Made by a program: the position numbers and the translations under genes
DNA from: Chiloscyllium plagiosum
Taxonomy: Eukaryota
DNA: 61,393 bases
Assembly: GCF_004010195.1 (NCBI RefSeq)
Contig: NC_057756.1
Location: 10,432,911-10,494,303 of the forward strand
Direction of reading: 5' to 3'
The notes under the pieces: generated by a model
The model's input: only the letters and a program-made list of their open reading frames with translations
Database searches by the model: none
What the model was told of the DNA's origin: nothing
Shown here: positions 15,301-27,300 of the stretch, in pieces
How positions within the stretch are numbered: position 1 is the first letter of the stretch
How the letters are laid out: each line of letters opens with the position of its first letter

Positions 15301-18300
15301 TTCAGCATATTTTAGTTATGTAGATCATACCTCAGGTGATTTGTATCTTTTTTATGTCTAAGAAATATGTAAGTATCAGGTTAAATACTAAGAAAACAAA
15401 TTAATGTAGACTGGACTGCCAAAGTTGACACAAATCTATGGAATTCAATTGATTCCTTTGTAGATAGTAACATTAATCTGTTCAATCCACAGGAAGTCAG
15501 AAATTTCCTGCACCTAGTCATTATTTGAATTCATGCCCTTAAATTTCCTCAATTTTGTCACCTGTGCTTCATCATAAATTGTACTGATAGTAATTGTGAG
15601 GGTCATAAATATTCACAAAACCATAGCACATTTCAATTATGCAGGTCATCTGACAGCTCATTCATATCCTTTATGTGTGTAAGAAATATATATGTATCAG
15701 GTTACTTTATCGTAAATATTAATGAAAATAAATGATACAGCCTGGATATTCAACACTGAACTAAATTTATGGAATCCAAAATTCCCATTCTCGAAAATAT
15801 ATTCATCAATGAACTTGGTTTATTCGGTTTTAACAGATTGTCCAGCTGTACCACATGCGTTCTGAATGAATCTAATCACAAGAGATTATGTTTGATCCCA
15901 AAGAGTGACTTAGAATATAAATATTTCTGTTCTGTCCTGAGGTGTGATTGTTAACTATACCATAATCAACACCTGTTGTATAACACAATGATTATTCATT
16001 CGTATGGGGATAAACATCACAATTCATAATCTACACCTCTAGACAGAGATATAATATTTATAGGAGCTGTTGAATCTACGTTAACCCCTAAGTTAAATTC
16101 ATTGTATTTTAGCCTGACATTCAAATGTGTTGGAAACATCAGAAATATTCTAAGACTATAAGACACAGGACATTACTGAGGCCACTTTTAGGAAACTGCA
16201 CACAGTTCAGGTCACCATGTTATAGGAAGAATGTCATTAAATTGGAAAGGGTGCAGAAAAGATTAACTAGGAAGTTACTGAAAATGAAGGGTTTGAGTTA
16301 TAAGGAGAGGCGGGACAGGCTGGGACCTTTATCTCTTGAAACTCCAGGACTCTGTGACATAGGAGCAGAATTGGGACATTTGGCCCAACTAGTCTACTCT
16401 CCCATTGAATGCTTGCTGATATTTCTCTCAACATATTCTCCTGCCCTTTCACCGGAACCTTTGATCCCCTTAGTAAGCAAGAACTGTTGTGATTAAAATC
16501 AGGTGGATCTTAGTGTCCCAAGATCCTTGATTGGGTTGGTTAACCTGCGCCAATCAGGGAGCCCTGGCTGACAGACATAAACAGGGGATTCTGACTCTCC
16601 TCGCTTCAGGGACTGACTCTGAGCTGGCTGGCTCCAGCAAGTGTACTGTTCACAAGTAAATGAAGGATGGCATGGTGACAGGATATCAGCCTCTGTGCAG
16701 TTAATTCAAGAACCCATCCATCTCAGTCTTAAATACACTCAATGACTTAGCTGCCACAGCCTTCTGCGAATTACACAGATTCCCCACCCTCCGGCTGAAG
16801 AAACTCCTCCTCAACTCAGTTCTAAAGGGTCAGTCTGAGGCTGTGCCTTCTGTTCCTCATCTCTCCTACTGCATGAGAGGGACAGGATTTAAAAGGGACC
16901 TGAGGGGCAACTTTTACATGCTGAGAGTGGTGCGTGTAGTGAATGAGCTAATGGAGGGAGTGCTGGAGGCTGTTACAATTACTGCATTTCAAAGACATTT
17001 GGACAGGTACAGGATTAAGGAAAAGTTTAGAGGAATTTGGGCCAAATGTGGACAAATGAGACTAGTTCAGATATGGAAACCTGGTCAGCAAGGATGAGGT
17101 GGACCGAAGGGCCTGTTCCCATGCTGCTTGCTTCTGTGACTCCCTCCTGATTTGTTAAAATCTCCAATTCAACCGAGAGTATTAACACCAATCTGTTCAC
17201 TCCACAGGAGTTGGGAAGGTTCCTGGAACAGGTATTTATTTTAATTTATAATCTGAATATTGTTTTTCAATTGTGTCATCTGTGCTTCATTCTAATTTGG
17301 AACAGCAGTAACTCTGAGGGACAGAAAAGTCTCAGCTTCCCCAGGACAATTCAATGATCCAGACCATCCCACAGCTCCTTCACATCCTTTTCATGTGGAT
17401 GAAATATGTAAACATCAGATTATTATGTCCTAAATATTAATGAAAATGATTCATACAGCGAGTGCAGGCAAAGTTGTAGCAAATTTCTGGAATCCAAAAT
17501 TCCCAATCTAGAAAATCTGCTCATTCAATGAATTCACTTTATTATGTTTTATCAGTTTACCCAGAATTACCCGTGCTCTCTGAATTAATCTGATCACAAA
17601 AGATTCAATTTAATTACAAAGTGTGACTTAAAATTTAACTCTTTCTGACCTGCCCTGAGGTGGGTTGCTAACTGGACATCATGTTGGGGATAAACACTGG
17701 AAATAGATAAATCCTGATCTGGGCTTTTCACAAAGATAGAATTTTTACAGGAACTGATTAATCTGCACTTTCCCAATTTGATTAACAGTAGTTAACCCGA
17801 AAATTCAAACATGACAGAAATATCTGTTGTCCATATGAAATATTGTCTTTTGGCTTTTCTACATTCTGATATGTCAATTATTGCAGTGAAACGTCTATTA
17901 ATAAATTAATCTTTCAACTTCCAGTGGTGACAATGTTAAACACGTATCTATCTCTCCAACAGGAGTGATAATACCTCCCGCCTTGGGTAAATATATTATC
18001 TCATTTTCTCCTTTCATGATAATGTGATACTCAATTTGAGTATGATAATGTCGTTCCAATTTGTGAGCATATTTCACATCAGTATATCATTACAAGACTG
18101 ATTGCCATTCATTCCAACGTTCAAACACTGCTAACTGTGTACATCTCCTATTGTCAGCTTTGGTTAGGAAACAATTACATTATTTTTAGGCAACAATTTT
18201 GGTTTCAACTTGCCTTTCTTTTATCAGAAATGTTGAAACTGTTCACTTTGGTAAATCCCTTAATTCAGTGAATTGTGGGTCACAGCTTTGTACGGAACAT

Positions 18301-21300
18301 TCCCCAGTGTGAATTATGAGAGTTACTCTGTGTGGAGGCACTGATAGGAAGGAAAAGTGAAAGTGATTATCAAATTCTAAATTATATGTTACTCCCCTGC
18401 CCTGAGGAGTGATCATTACCCAGAACCCATTTAGGATTGATGACCTGTTAATATGATTTCTGTTCCCTCTCATTGTCTTCAGACGTTTAATATGTGTAGG
18501 TCATGTCATGCACTGAAGTATCCCTTGAGCTCGTCAACTATCTCTCCTTTCAAGATATCTCTGGCGTTTAATTAGTACATAAGTACGACTGATGTTAGTT
18601 CAACAGTGACAATCATTTCTATATGAACAACAAGACTTCTGCATTAGGCTGTTAGGAAGTGTTTAACGCTGATAGAAATGGGACTGATTCTTCAAAATGG
18701 AACAGTTAAATGCAATGAGGGAAAGTTCCATCTGTGTTGGATCATTTTAATCGGTCAATATCATTTGGTGTTTTGACTGTTATGATGCTCCTTCATTTGA
18801 TCAGGTGTAATAAGTTAGAAGGAAATAATTGACTGAGCAGTAAGACCATAAGACCATAAGACATAGGAGTGGAAGTAAGGCCATTCGGCCCATCGAGTCC
18901 ACTCCGCCATTCCATCATGGCTGATGCACATTTCAGCTCCACTTACCAGCGTTCTCCCCGTAGCCCTTAATTCCTCTAGACAACAAGAATCTATCAATCT
19001 CAGCCTTGAAGACATTTAGCGTCCCGGCTTCCACTGCACTCCGTGGCAATGAATTCCACAGGCCCACCACTCTCTGGCTGAAGAAATGTCTCCGCATTTC
19101 TGTTCTGAAATGACCCCCTCTAATTCTAAGGCTGTGTCCACGGGCCCTAGTCTCCTCGTCTAACGGAAACAATTTCCTAGCATCCACCTTTTCCAAGCCA
19201 TGTATTATTTTGTACGTCTCTATTAAGTCTCCCCTTAATCTTCTAAACTCCAACGAATACAATCCCAGTATCCTCAGCCGTTCCTCATATGTTAGACCTT
19301 GCAGACAGCTTTGGATAGTTCAGAAAATAAATGAAAGAGATGAAGTAACAAATCTGTCAGTTATGTTGTTGAATTAACGTTTCACCCATTCTGTCCAGTA
19401 TTGCTGCATGTGTCAGGGCTCTGCATTGATTCCGTTAAAATCTCCAATTCCAATTGATCCCTCTACAGGCTAGTAGCATCAATCTATTCAATCAGCAGGA
19501 GCTGGGAAATTTCCTGGACCTGGTAATTATTTTAATTCGTGATATTAATTTTGCTCAATATTGTCACATATACTTCATCACAGATTGTAACAGCAGTAAT
19601 TCTGAGGGACAGAAATATTCACAAAATCTCCAACACATTTCAGTTATACAGATCATCCCTCAGTTCATTTCTATCTCTTTTATGTCTAAGAAATATTTAA
19701 GTATCAGGTTAAATATCAATTAAACAAATTAATGTAGATTGGCCAGCCAAAATTGACACAAATCTGTGGAATCCAATTGATTCCTTTGTAGATAGTAACA
19801 TCAATCTGTTCAATCCACAGGAGGTCAGAAATTTCCTGGACCTTAATTCACGCCCTTAACTTTCCTCAATTTTGTCACCTGTGCTTCATCACAAATTGTA
19901 ACAATAGTAAATGTGGGGGACAAAAATATTGACAAAACCACAGCACATTTCAATTAATTATGACTTGGAGGTGCTGGTGTTGGACTGGCGTGGACAAAGG
20001 TAAAAATCACGCAACACCAGGTTATAGTCAACAGGTTTAATTGGAAACACGAGCTTTCAGAGCGCTGCTCCTTCATCAGGTGGTTGTGGACGTTAGCATG
20101 ATCTTAACCTCCACAACCAGCTGATGAAGGAGCAGTGCTCCGAAAGCTAGTGCTTCCAAATAAACCTGCTGGACTATAACCTGGTGTTGTGTGATTTTTA
20201 ATTTCAGTTATATAGGACACCTGACAGCTCATTAACATACGTTACGTGTGTCAGAAATATGTATGTATCAGGTAACTCCATCTGAAATGTTAATGAAAAC
20301 AATTGATACAGCATGCATGGTCAAAGATGAACCAAATATTTGGAATCCAAAATTCCCTTTCCAGAAAATATATTCATCAATAAACTTGGTTTATTCGGTT
20401 TTAGGGCGGTGCAGTGGCTCAGTGGTTAGCACTGCTGCCTCATAGCACCAGGGTCCCAGGTTCAATTTCAGCCTCGGGCGACTGTCTGTGTGGAGTTTGC
20501 ACGTTCTCCCCGTGTCTGCGTGGGTTTCCTCCGGGTGCTCCGGTTTCCTCCCACAGTCCAAAGATGTGCAGGTCAGGGTGGATTGGCCATGTTAAGTTGC
20601 CCATTGTGTTAGGTGCGTTAGCCAGGGGTAAATGTAGGGGAACGGGTCTGGGTGGGTTGCTGTTCGGAGGGCCGGTGGGGACTTGTTGGGCCGAATGGCC
20701 TGTTTCCACACTGTAGGGAATCTAACAGATTGTCCAGCTGTACCACATGCACTCTGAATGAATCTAATCACAAAAGATCAAGCTTGATCCCAAAGAGTGA
20801 TTAACAATATAAATGTTTCTATTTTGTCCTGAGGTGTGATTGTTAACCACACCACAGTCAACACCTATTGTACAATACAATAATTATTCATTTGTACGGG
20901 GGATAAGCACCACAATTCATATTCTACACCTTGAGGCTGAGATAGAATTTTAACCGGGGCTAATTAATCTACATTGACCGCATTTCATTAACTGTATTTT
21001 GCCCTGAAATTCAAATGTGTTGGAAACATCAGGTAGTCCAAAAGACTATAAAACACAGGACACTGATGATATCACGTTTAAGGTGCTGCACACAGTTCTG
21101 GTCACCACATTATAGGAAGGATGTTATTAAATTGGACTGGTGGCAGAAATGTTAACAAGGAATTTACTGGAATTGAAGGGTTTGAGTTATAAGGAGAGGC
21201 TGGATAGGCTGGAACCTATTCTCACTGAAACGTCGGAGGTCGAAGGGTGATCTATTAGAGGTTTAAAAATTTGTGAGATGCAAATGTGAATTAACAAAGA

Positions 21301-24300
21301 TCTTTTACCTACAGTGGGGGAGTTCAGAATTAGGAGGCACAGGGTCAAGGTGAGAAGTAAAAGATTTAAAATGGACCCGAGGGACAACCTTCTCTCACAG
21401 AGCGCATATGGAATGAACTGCCAGAGAAGTAGTAGAGGCTGGTACTGTTCCAATATTTAAAAGACATTTGGACAGATACGTGAATAGGGAAGGTTTGCAG
21501 GCATATCGGCCAACCGTAGGCAAATGGAACCAGTTTAATTTGGGAAGCCTGTTCGGCAGGGACAAGATGGACCAAAGGGTCTGTTTCTGTGCTGCATGAC
21601 TCTATGACTCTGTGACATAGGAGCAGAATTAGGCCATTTGGCCCAACTAGTCTGCTCTCCCATTGGATCCTCGCTGATATTTTTCTCAACCCATTCTCCT
21701 GCCTTCTCACCGTAACCTTTGATCCCTGTTGTAATCAGGAACTGTAGTGATTGGAACCAGGTGGCTCTTAGTGACCTGAGATCCTTGATTGGGTTTGTTA
21801 ACCTTGACCAATCAGGGAGCCCTGGCTGACAGATATAAACAGAGGAGCCTGGATCTCCTCACTTCAGGGACTGACTCTGAGCTGGTTGGCCCCAGCCAGT
21901 GTACTGTGCACAAGTAAATAAATGATGGCTTGGGACACCGACATCTGTGCAGTTATTTCAAGACCCTATCCATTTCTGTTTTAAATATACCAAACGACTT
22001 GGCCTCTATAACCTTCTGCGACAATAAATTCCACAGATTCACCACCCTTCTTCTGAAGAATTTCCTCCTTATCTCAGTTATAAAGGGTCATCCCTTCACT
22101 CTGAGGCTGTGCCTTCTGTTCCTCATCTCTCCTACTGCATGAGAGGGGAAAGATTTAAAAGAGACCTAAGGGGCAACATTTTCATGCTGAGGGAGGTGTG
22201 TGTAGGGAATGAGTCAATGGAGGAAGTGGTGGAGGCTGGTTTAATAACAACATTTCAAAGACTTTTAGACAGGTACACAAATAGGAAGGGTTTAGACAGA
22301 TTTGGGCCAAATGTGGGCAAACGCAGGTAAATGGGTTTAATTCAGATTAGGAAACCTGGTCAGCATGGACGGGTTGGGCTGAAGGGCCTGTTCCCATGCT
22401 GCTTGCCTCTGTGACTCCCTCCTGATTCTGTTAAAATCTCCAATTCCAACTGAGGGTATTCACACCAATCTGTTCATTCCACAGGAGTTGGGAAGTTTCC
22501 TGGAACAGGTATTTATTTTAATTTATAATCTTAATTTTTTTCAATTTTGTCATTTATGTTTCATTCTAATTTGGAACAGCAAACTCTGAGGGACAGAAAA
22601 GTCTCAGTTTCCCCAGGACAATTCAATGATCCAGACAATCGCACAGCTCCTTCACATCCTTTTCATGTGGATGAAATATGTAAACATCAGATTATTATGT
22701 CCTAAATATTAATGAAAATAAAGTTCCCAATCTAGAAAATCTGCTCATTCAATGAATTCATTTTGTTTTATTTTAACAGTTTACCCAGAATTACCCCGTG
22801 TTCACTGAATTAATCTGATCACAAAAGATTCAATTTAATTACAATTTAAAATTACAACTTAAATCGAACTGTTTCTGACCTGCTAACCGGACAGCAGTCA
22901 GGATCTACTGTATCACACAATAATTGTTCATTCATGTCAGGGATATACACTGGAAATAGATGAATCCTGATCTGGGCTTTTAGGCAGAGATAGAATTTTT
23001 ACAGGAGCTGATTAATCCGCACTTTCCCAATTTGATGAGCAGTAGTTAACCCGAAACTTCAAACATGATAGAAATATCTGTTATCCATATGAAATGCTGT
23101 CTTTGGGTTTTCCTTCATTCTGATATGTCAATTAATTGCAGTGAAATGTCTATTTTTAAACTGATCTTTCAATTTCCAGTTGAGACAATGTTAAAATCAA
23201 TCCATCTCTCCCACAGGAGTGATAATACCTCCCCCCTTGGGTAAATATATCCCCTCATTTTCTTTATTCATGAAATGTGATTCTCAGCTTGAGTGTGATA
23301 ATGTCGTTCCAGTCTGTGAGCATGTATCACATCAGTAGATCATTACAACACTGATTGCTATTCATTCCCATGTTCCTACACTATTGACTGTGTACATCGC
23401 CTGTTGTCAACTTTGGCGAGTAAGCAATTGAATTTTCTTTAGCAACAATTTTGGTTTCAAAGTGTCTTTCTTCCACCAGAAATGCTGAAATTGTTCACTT
23501 TGGCAAATCCCTTAATTCAGAACATTGCAGGTCACAAATCTGTATGGTTCATTCCCCAGTGTGATTTATGAGTGTGGAAGCACTGATAGAAAGGAAAGGT
23601 GGGAGTGGTTATCAAATTCTAAATTATATGTTACTCCCCTGCCCTGAGGTGCAATCATTAACCAGATCTCAGTCGGCATTGCTGATCTGCTCACACAATG
23701 ACAGTTCTTTCTCATTGTCTTCAGACATTTAATATCTGTAGGTCATGTTATACATGACTAAACTTGTACAGAAGTATCCCCTGAGCTTCTTAATCATCTC
23801 TCCTCTCAAGGTATCTCTGATCCTTAATTACCATTGGCTGTACACATCAGTACGACCGATGCTAATTTAACAGTGACAATCACTTCTATATGAGCAACAA
23901 GGATTCCTGTGCACAGTTAATAAGAAGTGATTAATGAAGACAGAAATGAGACTGATTCTTTAAAATGGAACAGTTAAATACAATGAGGGTAAAGTCAATC
24001 TGTGTTGGATCATTTTAATCGGTAAATATCATTTGGTGTTTTGGCTGTTATGATGCTCCTTCATTTGATCAGGTGTAATAAGTTGGAAGGAAATAATTGA
24101 CTGAGAAGTATTTGCAGACAGCTTTTAGTCTGAGAGCTTGATATACATTCCAGAAAATAAATGAAATAGATGAAGTAACAAATCTATCAGTTATGTTGTT
24201 GAATTAACATTGCGTGCAGTATTGCTGAGTGTATCCGGGCTCTGTATTGATTCCATTAAAATCTCCAATTCCAATTGATCCCTATAGAAGATAGTAACAC

Positions 24301-27300
24301 CAATCTATTCTTTCCACAAGAGCTGGGAAATTTCCTGGACCTGGTGTTTATTTTAATTCATGATGTTAATTTTGCTCATTATTGTCACACATACTTCATC
24401 ACAGATTGTAACAACAGTAATTCCAAGGGACAGAAAGATTCACAAAATCCCCAGCACATTTCAGTTATATCGATCATGCCTCAGTTCATTTGTATCTTTT
24501 TATGTCTAAGAAATATATAGGTATCAGGTAAAATATTAATGAAACTAATTAATGTAGAATGGACAGCCAAAGCTGACACAAATCTATGGAATTCAATTGA
24601 TTTCTTTGTGGATCGTAACATCAATCTGTTCTTTCCACAGGAGGTCAGAAATTTCCTGGACCTGGCAATTTTTAAATTCATGTCCTGAATTTTCCTCAGT
24701 TTTGTCACCTGTACTTCGTCACAAATTATAATGACAGTAAATGTGAGGGACAAAAATATTCAAAAAAAAACATCGCACGTTTCAATTGTATATGACTTGG
24801 AGGAGCCAGTGTTGGACTGGCGTGGACAAGGTTAAAAATCACACAACACCAGGTTATAGTCCAACAGGTTTATTTGGAAGGACCAGCGTTTGTAGCCACC
24901 AGGATACATGAACATTAACTAGCCACAAAAGGACATGACCCTTTCTCACTAGTATCCTCACATACGGATGAGGAAGGACACCACTTCGACTGGGACAACA
25001 CATCCATCCTCGGACAAGCCAAACAAAGACACACACGAGAATTCCTAGAAGCATGGCATTCCAACTGGAACTCAACAAACTCATTGAGTTAGACCCCATC
25101 TACCACCCCCTGAGAAAAGGAACAGGAAGTGACTTCACCACAGGAAATAACATCACCACAGGAAATGACACTACCAACCTAAAGAAACCCTAAAATATAA
25201 ATAGAAAGCAGGAATTTTCAGCATTGCTTTGCCTGAGGTCCACTGAAGATGTTACCTAGTAGGGTAACAAAACATCTGGAAATGAAACTTCCAGCTCAGT
25301 GAGCAAATCTCCATCTAAAACCTCCTACAAACCTTCTGAAACCTCAGATCCATTTTAATTTTTTCCCTCTCTAAGCGCTTCGAAAGCTAATACTTCCAAA
25401 TAAACCTGTTGGACTATAACCTGATGTCTGATTTTTAATTTCAGTTATATAGGACATCTGACAGCTCATTAACATACATTACGTGTATACAAAATATGTA
25501 TGTATCAGGTTACTTTATCTTAAGTAGTAATGAAAATAATTGAGCAGCTTGGATAGTCAAAAAACAACAAAATTTCTGGAATCCAAAATTCCCATCCTAG
25601 AAAATATATTCATCAACGAACTTGGTTTATTATGTTTTAACAGATTTTCCAGCTATACCACATGCTTCTAAATGAATCTAATCACAAAAGATTAAAGTTG
25701 ATCCCAAAGAGTGACTTGCAATATAAATGTTTCTGTTCTGTTCTGAGGTGTGATGTTTAACCATACCACAGTCAACTTCAATTGTATAATACTATAATTG
25801 TTCATTCGTATGGGAGATAAACACCACAATTCATACTCTACCCTTTAAGGCAGAGAAAGAGTTTTCAGGGACATGATTAATCTGCATTAACTCCATTTCA
25901 TTAATTATATTTTACCGTGAAATTCAAATGTTTTGGAAACATCAGGTAGACCCTAAGATGATAAGACACAGGACACTGATGAGGTCACGTTTAGGATATT
26001 GCACCCAGTTCTGGTCACCACATTATGTTATTAAATTGGAAAGGGTGCAGAAAAGATGTACAGGGAAGTTACTGGAACTGAAGGGTTTGAGTTATAAGGA
26101 GAGGATGGATAAGCAGGGACTCTTTTCCCCGAAACATCGAAGGTTGAGGGGTGATCTTATAGAGGTTTACAAAATGACGAGAGGCATTGGTAACGTGAAC
26201 AGCAAAGGTCTCTTTCTCAGTGTAGGGGAGCTCAGAACGAGAGGACATAGGTTCAAGGGGAGAGGGAAAAAATTAAAATGGATCTGAGGGATAACCTTTT
26301 CACACAGAGTGTGGTGCATATATGGAATGAACAGCCAGAGAAAGTGGTAGAGGTGGGTTCACTTCTAACATTTAAAGGACCTTTGGAAATATATGAATAA
26401 GGAATGTTTAGAGGCATACGGGCCAACTGCAGGCAATGGAACCAGTTTAATTTGGGAAACTTGGTCGGCGGGGACAGGATGGACCAAAGGGTCTGTTTCT
26501 GTGCTGGAAGACTCTACGACTGTGAGCAGAATTTGGCCATTTGGCCCAGCTATCTGCTCTCCCATTGGATCCTTGCTGATATATTTCTCAAACTATTCTC
26601 TTGCCTTGCCACCATAAACTTTGATCCGCGTTGTAATCAGGAACTGTAGTGATTGGAACCAGGTGGATCTTAGTGACCTGAGATCCTTGATTGGGTTTGT
26701 TAACCTTGACCAATCAGGGAACCTTGGATTTCAGATATAAACAGGGGATTCTGGATCTCCTCACTTCAGGGACTGACTCTGAGCTGGCTGGCCCCAGCCA
26801 GTGTACTGTTCACAAGTAAATAAAGGATGGCTTGGTGACGGGATACCAGCCTCTGTGCAGTTATTTCAAGAACCTATCCATCTCTGTCTTAAATATACTC
26901 AATGACTTGGACCCGATAGACTTCTGTGACAGTAAGCGCCACAGAGTCACCATGTTTTGGCTGAAGAGGTTCCTCTTCATCTCAGTTCTAAAGGATCATC
27001 CCTTCAATCTGAGGCTGTGCCTTCTGGTCCTGGCGTCTCCTACTGCATGAGAGAGGAAAGATTTAAAAGAGACCTGAGGGGCAACTTTTACATGCTGAGG
27101 GAGGGGCGTGTATGGAATGAGCTGGTGGAGAAATTTCAAACACATTTGCACAGGTTCAGGCATAGGAAGGGTTTAGAAGAATTTGGGCCAAATGTGGACA
27201 AATGAGACTAGTTCAGATATGGAAATCTGGTCAGCATGGGCTGAAGGGCCTATTCCTGTTCTGCTTGCCTCCGTGAATCCCTCCTGATTTTGCTAAATTC

